DNA of 60,868 nucleotides, the filler included, from Schmidtea polychroa (taxonomy: Eukaryota): assembly GCA_044892525.1 (NCBI GenBank). It is 3 parts of 3 records of this genome, joined end to end, with 100 filler letters (N's around TTAATTAATTAA, not from the genome) between each part and the next. Parts side by side here need not be neighbours in the genome. Positions count along the whole stretch, not along the records: positions 1 to 24,150 come from CM097885.1; 2 more parts are not named here. The stretch is one strand, 5' to 3'. The notes beneath the pieces are model-generated. The model did no database searches and was not told the origin of the DNA. It saw only the letters and a program-made list of their open reading frames with translations. The number at the start of each line of letters is the position of its first letter. Positions within the stretch are counted from its first letter, which is position 1. A program made the translations under genes and the position numbers. This document shows positions 1 to 13,000 of the stretch, one piece after another.

Positions 1-34
1 CATCAATTTTCCTTTTTGAAAACTATTTTCTCAG

Positions 35-316
35 GATAAATCAGACAAATAATCCTACAAATGAAAATGATTTTGATGATTTTTTTCAAAGTAACGGCAA
101 AAATATGAGATGCGCATTATGTGGCCTAGGTCCACAGAATAAATTTGGTCAAGGAGAAATGCTGAAATTCTATTCAACAGAAATTCCAGTTCCTAGCTAT
201 ATTTGGTCCAAAGATGCTAATAGTAACAAAAGATCTGATCGAACAAAATCAAAAGACAGCCAGGAATATTGCTGTTTAGATACAAATAAGCGGTTGAAAG
301 AAAACAAAATTATTGG
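35..316 (+). CDS. KMT2C: KMT2C/D-like exon (start of extended PHD, ePHD1); gene begins upstream of the window
   Basis: Acceptor ttttctcAG at 33-34 and donor GTAAG at 317. RCALCGLGPQNKFGQGEMLKF matches remembered KMT2C LCAFCYCGEKSSLGQGDLKQF. A 44-bp phase-2 intron joins it in frame to the next exon. KMT2C cannot be told from KMT2D here. Confidence 0.85.
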
Positions 317-360
317 GTAAGAAATGTTGTATTGATGTAGGAGAGATAAAATTGTATCAG

Positions 361-929
361 AACCGATGGTAAACCGTGTCTCAGTCGAATTGTGAATGCA
401 TTTTTTGACAATGAAGGCCGGCCTTTTGGGCTAATCGATGAATTTGCTTGGGTGGGATTGCCAGGAACAGTGACGATCCAGAAATCGGCTGCTGGAGCTG
501 GAAACAACAACAATAGTAACAACAGTTCTTTGCTATGGAAAGCCATTAACAGCTGTGACGAGACGGATGAAAACCTGAAATTTGCTCATTTGGTATCGTA
601 CGAGATGTCGCCAAATGACCAATGTAATGACAGCTGTTTCTATGCGCATCATTCCTGCGTGATCTGGTCAGAAGGAGTAGCAGGGACAAATGTTCAGTTC
701 AATGATCAATTGGATGGCAATTTTGACAATGCCGAATCGGCAGTACGCAACGGATTGAATCAGATGTGCAGTTTCTGTCTACGATTTGGGGCAACAATAT
801 CATGCCGTAGCAAGACGAATTGCAAGCACAAATTCCATTATCCATGTGCTGCAGCAGCCGGCTGCTTCCAGGATTTCGTAAATTTCCAGCTCTGGTGTCC
901 AGGGCACACTCAAGAGGCTGATTTGTCAA
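361..929 (+). CDS. KMT2C: KMT2C/D-like exon (ePHD1 core)
   Basis: LIDEFAWVGLP, YAHHSCVIWSEGV and CSFCLRFGATISC...FHYPCAAAAGCFQDF...LWCPGH match KMT2C LWDELSLVGLP, WAHHRCVEWSLGV and CAFCKHLGATIKC...YHYPCAAGAGTFQDF...LLCPEH. Donor GTAATT at 930, phase 1. Confidence 0.92.
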
Positions 930-1002
930 GTAATTATTCATTATTTAGGCCAATCGGGTTAGGGAGGGGCTGTTGGCTGACTATTGCTTTCTGGCACTCT
1001 GT

Positions 1003-4000
1003 GAATGGGGGGGATTGACGCTTTGGGTGAGTGAGGGGGATTGGCGCTTTGGGTGAGTGAGGGGGATTGACGCTGTGATTACCTATCCCTACTGTTGATA
1101 TGGCACCTATTGATTGGCAGTGAGTGAGTGAGGGGGATTGACGCTGTGATTACCAATCCCCACTGTAGATATGGCACCTATTGATTGGCTGTTAGTGAGG
1201 GGGGGATTGACGCTGTGATTACCAATTCCTACTGTTGATATGGCACCTATTGATTGGCTGTGAGTGAGTGAGGGGGGATTGACGCGGTGATTACCAATCC
1301 CTACTGTTGATATGGCACCTATTGATTGGCTGTGAGTGAGTGAGGGGGGATTGACGCTGTGATTACCAATCCCTACTGTTGATATGGCACCTATTGATTG
1401 GCTGTTAGTGAGGGGGGGATTGACGCTGTGATTACCAATCCCTACTGTTGATATGGCACCTATTGATTGGCTGTGAGTGAGTGAGGGGGGATTGACGCTG
1501 TGATTACCAATCCCCACTGTTGATATGGCACCTATTGATTGGCTGTGAGTGAGTGAGGGGGGATTGACGCTGTGATTACCAATCCCTACTGTTGATATGG
1601 CACCTATTGATTGGCAGTGAGTGAGTGAGGGGGATTGACGCTGTGATTACCAATCCCTACTGTTGATATGGCACCTATTGATTGGCTGTGAGTGAGTGAG
1701 GGGGGATTGACGCTGTGATTACCAATCCCTACTGTTGATATGGCACCTATTGATTGGCTGTGAGTGAGTGAGGAGGGATTGACGCTGTGATTACCAATCC
1801 CTACTGTTGATATGGCACCTATTGATTGGCTGTGAGTGAGTGAGGGGGGATTGACGCTGTGATTACCAATCCCTATTGTTGATATGGCACCTATTGATTG
1901 GCTGTGAGTGAGTGAGGGGGGGATTGACGCTGTGATTACCAATCCCCACTGTTGATATGGCACCTATTGATTGGCTGTGAGTGAGTGGGGGGGATTGACG
2001 CTGTGATTACCAATCCCTACTGTTGATATGGCACCTATTGATTGGCAGTGAGTGAGTGAGGGGGATTGACGCTGTGATTACCAATCCCTACTGTTGATAT
2101 GGCACCTATTGATTGGCTGTGAGTGAGTGAGGGGGGGATTGACGCTGTGATTACCAATCCCCACTGTTGATATGGCACCTATTGATTGGCTGTGAGTGAG
2201 TGGGGGGGATTGACGCTGTGATTACCAATCCCTACTGTTGATATGGCACCTATTGATTGGCAGTGAGTGAGTGAGGGGGATTGACGCTGTGATTACCAAT
2301 CCCTACTGTTGATATGGCACCTATTGATTGGCAGTGAGTGAGTGAGGGGGATTGACGCTGTGATTACCAATCCCTACTGTTGATATGGCACCTATTGATT
2401 GGCTGTGAGTGAGTGAGGGGGATTGACGCTGTGATTACCAATCCCTACTGTTGATATGGCACCTATTGATTGGCAGTGAGTGAGTGAGGGGGATTGACGC
2501 TGTGATTACCAATCCCTACTGTTGATATGGCACCTATTGATTGGCTGTGAGTGAGTGAGGGGGATTGACGCTGTGATTACCAATCCCCACTGTAGATATG
2601 GCACCTATTGATTGGCTGTGAGTGAGGGGGGATTGACGCGGTGATTACCAATCCCTACTGTTGATATGGCACCTATTGATTGGCTGTGAGTGAGTGAGGG
2701 GGGATTGACGCGGTGATTACCAATCCCTACTGTTGATATGGCACCTATTGATTGGCTGTGAGTGAGTGAGGGGGATTGACGCTGTGATTACCAATCCCCC
2801 CTGTTGATATGGCACCTATTGATTGGCTGTTAGTGAGGGGGGGTTGACGCTGTGATTACCAATCCCCACTGTAGATATGGCACCTATTGATTGGCAGTGA
2901 GTGAGTGAGGGGGGATTGACGCTGTGATTACCAATCCCTACTGTAGATATGGCACCTATTGATTGGCTGTGAGTGAGTGAGGGGGATTGACGCTGTGATT
3001 ACCAATCCCCACTGTAGATATGGCACCTATTGATTGGCTGTGAGTGAGGGGGGATTGACGCTGTGATTACCAATCCCTACTGTTGATATGGCACCTATTG
3101 ATTGGCTGTGAGTGAGTGAGGGGGATTGACGCTGTGATTACCAATCCCCACTGTTGATATGGCACCTATTGATTGGCTGTTAGTGAGGGGGGGGGTTGAC
3201 GCTGTGATTACCAATCCCCACTGTAGATATGGCACCTATTGATTGGCTGTGAGTGAGTGAGGGGGGATTGACGCTGTGATTACCAATCCCCACTGTAGAT
3301 ATGGCACCTATTGATTGGCTGTGAGTGAGTGAGGGGGGATTGACGCTGTGATTACCAATCCCCACTGTTGATATGGCACCTATTGATTGGCTGTGAGTGA
3401 GTGAGGGGGGATTGACGCTGTGATTACCAATCCCTACTGTTGATATGGCACCTATTGATTGGCAGTGAGTGAGTGAGGGGGATTGACGCTGTGATTACCA
3501 ATCCCCACTGTTGATATGGCACCTATTGATTGGCTGTTAGTGAGGGGGGGGTTGACGCTGTGATTACCAATCCCCACTGTAGATATGGCACCTATTGATT
3601 GGCTGTGAGTGAGTGAGGGGGATTGACGCTGTGATTACCAATCCCTACTGTTGATATGGCACCTATTGATTGGCTGTTAGTGAGGGGGGATTGACGCTGT
3701 GATTACCAATCCCTACTGTAGATATGGCACCTATTGATTGGCTGTTAGTGAGGGGGGGATTGACGCTGTGATTACCAATCCCTACTGTTGATATGGCACC
3801 TATTGATTGGCTGTGAGTGAGTGAGAGGGATTGACGCTGTGATTACCAATCCCCACTGTTGATATGGCACCTATTGATTGGCTGTGAGTGAGTGAGGGGG
3901 GATTGACGCTGTGATTACCAATCCCTACTGTTGATATGGCACCTATTGATTGGCTGTGAGTGAGTGAGGGGGATTGACGCTGTGATTACCAATCCCTACT

Positions 4001-7000
4001 GTTGATATGGCACCTATTGATTGGCTGTGAGTGAGTGAGTGGGGGATTGACGCTGTGCTTACCAATCCCTACTGTTGATATGGCACCTATTGATTGGCTG
4101 TGAGTGAGTGAGGGGGATTGACGCTGTGATTACCAATCCCCACTGTAGATATGGCACCTATTGATTGGCTGTGAGTGAGGGGGGATTGACGCGGTGATTA
4201 CCAATCCCTACTGTTGATATGGCACCTATTGATTGGCTGTGAGTGAGTGAGGGGGGATTGACGCTGTGATTACCAATCCCTACTGTTGATATGGCACCTA
4301 TTGATTGGCTGTTAGTGAGGGGGGGATTGACGCTGTGATTACCAATCCCTACTGTTGATATGGCACCTATTGATTGGCTGTGAGTGAGTGAGAGGGATTG
4401 ACGCTGTGATTACCAATCCCCACTGTTGATATGGCACCTATTGATTGGCTGTGAGTGAGTGAGGGGGGATTGACGCTGTGATTACCAATCCCTACTGTTG
4501 ATATGGCACCTATTGATTGGCTGTGAGTGAGTGAGGGGGATTGACGCTGTGATTACCAATCCCTACTGTTGATATGGCACCTATTGATTGGCTGTGAGTG
4601 AGTGAGGGGGATTGACGCTGTGATTACCAATCCCTACTGTTGATATGGCACCTATTGATTGGCTGTGAATGAGTGAGGGGGATTGACGCTGTGATTACCA
4701 ATCCCCACTGTAGATATGGCACCTATTGATTGGCAGTGAGTGAGTGAGGGGGATTGACGCTGTGATTACCAATCCCCACTGTAGATATGGCACCTATTGA
4801 TTGGCTGTTAGTGAGGGGGGGGATTGACGCTGTGATTACCAATCCCTACTGTTGATATGGCACCTATTGATTGGCTGTGAGTGAGTGAGGGGGATTGACG
4901 CTGTGATTACCAATCCCCACTGTAGATATGGCACCTATTGATTGGCAGTGAGTGAGTGAGGGGGATTGACGCTGTGATTACCAATCCCCACTGTAGATAT
5001 GGCACCTATTGATTGGCTGTTAGTGAGGGGGGGGATTGACGCTGTGATTACCAATCCCTACTGTTGATGTGGCACCTATTGATTGGCTGTGAGTGAGTGA
5101 GGGGGGATTGACGCTGTGATTACCAATCCCCACTGTTGATATGGCACCTATTGATTGGCTGTGAGTGAGGGGGGATTGACGCTGTGATTACCAATCCCTA
5201 CTGTTGATATGGCACCTATTGATTGGCTGTGAGTGAGTGAGGGGGGATTGACGCTGTGATTACCAATCCCTACTGTTGATATGGCACCTATTGATTGGCT
5301 GTGAGTGAGTGAGGGGGGATTGACGCTGTGATTACCAATCCCTACTGTTGATGTGGCACCTATTGATTGGCTGTGAGTGAGTGAGGGGGGATTGACGCTG
5401 TGATTACCAATCCCCACTGTTGATATGGCACCTATTGATTGGCTGTGAGTGAGTGAGGGGGGATTGACGCTGTGATTACCAATCCCTACTGTTGATGTGG
5501 CACCTATTGATTGGCTGTGAGTGAGTGGGGGGGGATTGACGCTGTGATTACCAATCCCCACTGTAGATATGGCACCTATTGATTGGCTGTGAGTGAGGGG
5601 GGATTGACGCGGTGATTACCAATCCCTACTGTTGATATGGCACCTATTGATTGGCTGTGAGTGAGTGAGGGGGATTGACGCTGTGATTACCAATCCCTAC
5701 TGTAGATATGGCACCTATTGATTGGCTGTGAGTGAGCGAGGGGGATTGACGCTGTGATTACCAATCCCCACTGTAGATATGGCACCTATTGATTGGCTGT
5801 GAGTGAGGGGGGATTGACGCTGTGATTACCAATCCCCACTGTTGATATGGCACCTATTGATTGGCTGTTAGTGAGGGGGGGGTTGACGCTGTGATTACCA
5901 ATCCCCACTGTAGATATGGCACCTATTGATTGGCTGTGAGTGAGTGAGGGGGGATTGACGCTGTGATTACCAATCCCCACTGTTGATATGGCACCTATTG
6001 ATTGGCAGTGAGTGAGTGAGGGGGGATTGACGCTGTGATTACCAATCCCCACTGTTGATATGGCACCTATTGATTGGCTGTGAGTGAGTGAGGGGGGATT
6101 GACGCTGTGATTACCAATCCCCACTGTTGATATGGCACCTATTGATTGGCTGTGAGTGAGTGAGGGGGATTGACGCTGTGATTACCAATCCCTACTGTTG
6201 ATATGGCACCTATTGATTGGCTGTGAGTGAGTGAGAGGGATTGACGCTGTGATTACCAATCCCCACTGTTGATATGGCACCTATTGATTGGCTGTTAGTG
6301 AGGGGGGGGTTGACGCTGTGATTACCAATCCCCACTGTAGATATGGCACCTATTGATTGGCTGTGAGTGAGTGAGGGGGATTGACGCTGTGATTACCAAT
6401 CCCCACTGTAGATATGGCACCTATTGATTGGCTGTGAGTGAGTGAGGGGGGATTGACGCTGTGATTACCAATCCCCACTGTAGATATGGCACCTATTGAT
6501 TGGCTGTGAGTGAGTGAGGGGGGATTGACGCTGTGATTACCAATCCCCACTGTTGATATGGCACCTATTGATTGGCTGTGAGTGAGTGAGGGGGGATTGA
6601 CGCTGTGATTACCAATCCCTACTGTTGATATGGCACCTATTGATTGGCAGTGAGTGAGTGAGGGGGATTGACGCTGTGATTACCAATCCCCACTGTTGAT
6701 ATGGCACCTATTGATTGGCTGTTAGTGAGGGGGGGGTTGACGCTGTGATTACCAATCCCCACTGTAGATATGGCACCTATTGATTGGCTGTGAGTGAGTG
6801 AGGGGGATTGACGCTGTGATTACCAATCCCTACTGTTGATATGGCACCTATTGATTGGCTGTTAGTGAGGGGGGATTGACGCTGTGATTACCAATCCCTA
6901 CTGTAGATATGGCACCTATTGATTGGCTGTTAGTGAGGGGGGGATTGACGCTGTGATTACCAATCCCTACTGTTGATATGGCACCTATTGATTGGCTGTG

Positions 7001-10000
7001 AGTGAGTGAGAGGGATTGACGCTGTGATTACCAATCCCCACTGTTGATATGGCACCTATTGATTGGCTGTGAGTGAGTGAGGGGGGATTGACGCTGTGAT
7101 TACCAATCCCTACTGTTGATATGGCACCTATTGATTGGCTGTGAGTGAGTGAGGGGGATTGACGCTGTGATTACCAATCCCTACTGTTGATATGGCACCT
7201 ATTGATTGGCTGTGAGTGAGTGAGGGGGATTGACGCTGTGATTACCAATCCCCACTGTAGATATGGCACCTATTGATTGGCTGTGAGTGAGGGGGGATTG
7301 ACGCGGTGATTACCAATCCCTACTGTTGATATGGCACCTATTGATTGGCTGTGAGTGAGTGAGGGGGGATTGACGCTGTGATTACCAATCCCTACTGTTG
7401 ATATGGCACCTATTGATTGGCTGTTAGTGAGGGGGGGATTGACGCTGTGATTACCAATCCCTACTGTTGATATGGCACCTATTGATTGGCTGTGAGTGAG
7501 TGAGAGGGATTGACGCTGTGATTACCAATCCCCACTGTTGATATGGCACCTATTGATTGGCTGTGAGTGAGTGAGGGGGGATTGACGCTGTGATTACCAA
7601 TCCCTACTGTTGATATGGCACCTATTGATTGGCTGTGAGTGAGTGAGGGGGATTGACGCTGTGATTACCAATCCCTACTGTTGATATGGCACCTATTGAT
7701 TGGCTGTGAGTGAGTGAGGGGGATTGACGCTGTGATTACCAATCCCCACTGTAGATATGGCACCTATTGATTGGCTGTGAGTGAGGGGGGATTGACGCGG
7801 TGATTACCAATCCCTACTGTTGATATGGCACCTATTGATTGGCTGTTAGTGAGGGGGGATTGACGCTGTGATTACCAATCCCTACTGTAGATATGGCACC
7901 TATTGATTGGCTGTTAGTGAGGGGGGGATTGACGCTGTGATTACCAATCCCTACTGTTGATATGGCACCTATTGATTGGCTGTGAGTGAGTGAGAGGGAT
8001 TGACGCTGTGATTACCAATCCCCACTGTTGATATGGCACCTATTGATTGGCTGTGAGTGAGTGAGGGGGGATTGACGCTGTGATTACCAATCCCTACTGT
8101 TGATATGGCACCTATTGATTGGCTGTGAGTGAGTGAGGGGGATTGACGCTGTGATTACCAATCCCTACTGTTGATATGGCACCTATTGATTGGCTGTGAG
8201 TGAGTGAGTGGGGGATTGACGCTGTGCTTACCAATCCCTACTGTTGATATGGCACCTATTGATTGGCTGTGAGTGAGTGAGGGGGATTGACGCTGTGATT
8301 ACCAATCCCCACTGTAGATATGGCACCTATTGATTGGCTGTGAGTGAGGGGGGATTGACGCGGTGATTACCAATCCCTACTGTTGATATGGCACCTATTG
8401 ATTGGCTGTGAGTGAGTGAGGGGGGATTGACGCTGTGATTACCAATCCCTACTGTTGATATGGCACCTATTGATTGGCTGTTAGTGAGGGGGGGATTGAC
8501 GCTGTGATTACCAATCCCTACTGTTGATATGGCACCTATTGATTGGCTGTTAGTGAGGGGGGGATTGACGCTGTGATTACCAATCCCTACTGTTGATATG
8601 GCACCTATTGATTGGCTGTGAGTGAGTGAGGGGGGATTGACGCTGTGATTACCAATCCCTACTGTTGATATGGCACCTATTGATTGGCTGTGAGTGAGTG
8701 AGAGGGATTGACGCTGTGATTACCAATCCCCACTGTTGATATGGCACCTATTGATTGGCTGTGAGTGAGTGAGGGGGGATTGACGCTGTGATTACCAATC
8801 CCTACTGTTGATATGGCACCTATTGATTGGCTGTGAGTGAGTGAGGGGGATTGACGCTGTGATTACCAATCCCTACTGTTGATATGGCACCTATTGATTG
8901 GCTGTGAGTGAGTGAGGGGGATTGACGCTGTGATTACCAATCCCTACTGTTGATATGGCACCTATTGATTGGCTGTGAATGAGTGAGGGGGATTGACGCT
9001 GTGATTACCAATCCCCACTGTAGATATGGCACCTATTGATTGGCAGTGAGTGAGTGAGGGGGATTGACGCTGTGATTACCAATCCCCACTGTAGATATGG
9101 CACCTATTGATTGGCTGTTAGTGAGGGGGGGGATTGACGCTGTGATTACCAATCCCTACTGTTGATATGGCACCTATTGATTGGCTGTGAGTGAGTGAGG
9201 GGGGATTGACGCTGTGATTACCAATCCCTACTGTTGATGTGGCACCTATTGATTGGCTGTGAGTGAGTGAGGGGGGATTGACGCTGTGATTACCAATCCC
9301 CACTGTTGATATGGCACCTATTGATTGGCTGTGAGTGAGTGGGGGGGGATTGACGCTGTGATTACCAATCCCCACTGTAGATATGGCACCTATTGATTGG
9401 CTGTGAGTGAGGGGGGATTGACGCGGTGATTACCAATCCCTACTGTTGATATGGCACCTATTGATTGGCTGTGAGTGAGTGAGGGGGATTGACGCTGTGA
9501 TTACCAATCCCTACTGTAGATATGGCACCTATTGATTGGCTGTGAGTGAGCGAGGGGGATTGACGCTGTGATTACCAATCCCCACTGTAGATATGGCACC
9601 TATTGATTGGCTGTGAGTGAGGGGGGATTGACGCTGTGATTACCAATCCCCACTGTTGATATGGCACCTATTGATTGGCTGTTAGTGAGGGGGGGGTTGA
9701 CGCTGTGATTACCAATCCCCACTGTAGATATGGCACCTATTGATTGGCTGTGAGTGAGTGAGGGGGGATTGACGCTGTGATTACCAATCCCCACTGTTGA
9801 TATGGCACCTATTGATTGGCAGTGAGTGAGTGAGGGGGGATTGACGCTGTGATTACCAATCCCCACTGTTGATATGGCACCTATTGATTGGCTGTGAGTG
9901 AGTGAGGGGGGATTGACGCTGTGATTACCAATCCCCACTGTTGATATGGCACCTATTGATTGGCTGTTAGTGAGGGGGGGGGTTGACGCTGTGATTACCA

Positions 10001-13000
10001 ATCCCCACTGTAGATATGGCACCTATTGATTGGCTGTGAGTGAGGGGGGATTGACGCGGTGATTACCAATCCCTACTGTTGATATGGCACCTATTGATTG
10101 GCTGTGAGTGAGTGAGGGGGGATTGACGCGGTGATTACCAATCCCTACTGTTGATATGGCACCTATTGATTGGCTGTGAGTGAGTGAGGGGGATTGACGC
10201 TGTGATTACCAATCCCCACTGTTGATATGGCACCTATTGATTGGCTGTTAGTGAGGGGGGGGTTGACGCTGTGATTACCAATCCCCACTGTAGATATGGC
10301 ACCTATTGATTGGCAGTGAGTGAGTGAGGGGGGATTGACGCTGTGATTACCAATCCCTACTGTAGATATGGCACCTATTGATTGGCTGTGAGTGAGTGAG
10401 GGGGATTGACGCTGTGATTACCAATCCCTACTGTTGATATGGCACCTATTGATTGGCTGTGAGTGAGTGAGGGGGATTGACGCTGTGATTACCAATCCCC
10501 ACTGTAGATATGGCACCTATTGATTGGCTGTGAGTGAGGGGGGATTGACGCTGTGATTACCAATCCCTACTGTTGATATGGCACCTATTGATTGGCTGTG
10601 AGTGAGTGAGGGGGATTGACGCTGTGATTACCAATCCCCACTGTTGATATGGCACCTATTGATTGGCTGTTAGTGAGGGGGGGGGGTTGACGCTGTGATT
10701 ACCAATCCCCACTGTAGATATGGCACCTATTGATTGGCTGTGAGTGAGTGAGGGGGGATTGACGCTGTGATTACCAATCCCCACTGTAGATATGGCACCT
10801 ATTGATTGGCTGTGAGTGAGTGAGGGGGGATTGACGCTGTGATTACCAATCCCTACTGTTGATATGGCACCTATTGATTGGCAGTGAGTGAGTGAGGGGG
10901 GATTGACGCTGTGATTACCAATCCCTACTGTTGATATGGCACCTATTGATTGGCTGTGAGTGAGTGAGGGGGGATTGACGCTGTGATTACCAATCCCTAC
11001 TGTTGATATGGCACCTATTGATTGGCAGTGAGTGAGTGAGGGGGATTGACGCTGTGATTACCAATCCCCACTGTTGATATGGCACCTATTGATTGGCTGT
11101 TAGTGAGGGGGGGGGTTGACGCTGTGATTACCAATCCCCACTGTAGATATGGCACCTATTGATTGGCTGTGAGTGAGTGAGGGGGATTGACGCTGTGATT
11201 ACCAATCCCTACTGTTGATATGGCACCTATTGATTGGCTGTTAGTGAGGGGGGATTGACGCTGTGATTACCAATCCCTACTGTAGATATGGCACCTATTG
11301 ATTGGCTGTTAGTGAGGGGGGGATTGACGCTGTGATTACCAATCCCTACTGTTGATATGGCACCTATTGATTGGCTGTGAGTGAGTGAGAGGGATTGACG
11401 CTGTGATTACCAATCCCCACTGTTGATATGGCACCTATTGATTGGCTGTGAGTGAGTGAGGGGGGATTGACGCTGTGATTACCAATCCCTACTGTTGATA
11501 TGGCACCTATTGATTGGCTGTGAGTGAGTGAGGGGGATTGACGCTGTGATTACCAATCCCTACTGTTGATATGGCACCTATTGATTGGCTGTGAGTGAGT
11601 GAGGGGGATTGACGCTGTGATTACCAATCCCCACTGTAGATATGGCACCTATTGATTGGCTGTGAGTGAGGGGGGATTGACGCGGTGATTACCAATCCCT
11701 ACTGTTGATATGGCACCTATTGATTGGCTGTGAGTGAGTGAGGGGGGATTGACGCTGTGATTACCAATCCCTACTGTTGATATGGCACCTATTGATTGGC
11801 TGTTAGTGAGGGGGGGATTGACGCTGTGATTACCAATCCCTACTGTTGATATGGCACCTATTGATTGGCTGTGAGTGAGTGAGAGGGATTGACGCTGTGA
11901 TTACCAATCCCCACTGTTGATATGGCACCTATTGATTGGCTGTGAGTGAGTGAGGGGGGATTGACGCTGTGATTACCAATCCCTACTGTTGATATGGCAC
12001 CTATTGATTGGCTGTGAGTGAGTGAGGGGGATTGACGCTGTGATTACCAATCCCTACTGTTGATATGGCACCTATTGATTGGCTGTGAGTGAGTGAGGGG
12101 GATTGACGCTGTGATTACCAATCCCCACTGTAGATATGGCACCTATTGATTGGCTGTGAGTGAGGGGGGATTGACGCGGTGATTACCAATCCCTACTGTT
12201 GATATGGCACCTATTGATTGGCAGTGAGTGAGTGAGGGGGATTGACGCTGTGATTACCAATCCCCACTGTAGATATGGCACCTATTGATTGGCTGTTAGT
12301 GAGGGGGGGGATTGACGCTGTGATTACCAATCCCTACTGTTGATATGGCACCTATTGATTGGCTGTGAGTGAGTGAGGGGGGATTGACGCTGTGATTACC
12401 AATCCCTACTGTTGATATGGCACCTATTGATTGGCTGTGAGTGAGTGAGGGGGGATTGACGCTGTGATTACCAATCCCCACTGTTGATATGGCACCTATT
12501 GATTGGCTGTGAGTGAGTGGGGGGGATTGACGCTGTGATTACCAATCCCCACTGTAGATATGGCACCTATTGATTGGCTGTGAGTGAGCGAGGGGGATTG
12601 ACGCTGTGATTACCAATCCCCACTGTAGATATGGCACCTATTGATTGGCTGTGAGTGAGGGGGGATTGACGCTGTGATTACCAATCCCTACTGTTGATAT
12701 GGCACCTATTGATTGGCTGTGAGTGAGTGAGGGGGATTGACGCTGTGATTACCAATCCCCACTGTTGATATGGCACCTATTGATTGGCTGTTAGTGAGGG
12801 GGGGGGTTGACGCTGTGATTACCAATCCCCACTGTAGATATGGCACCTATTGATTGGCTGTGAGTGAGTGAGGGGGGATTGACGCTGTGATTACCAATCC
12901 CCACTGTTGATATGGCACCTATTGATTGGCTGTGAGTGAGTGAGGGGGGATTGACGCTGTGATTACCAATCCCCACTGTTGATATGGCACCTATTGATTG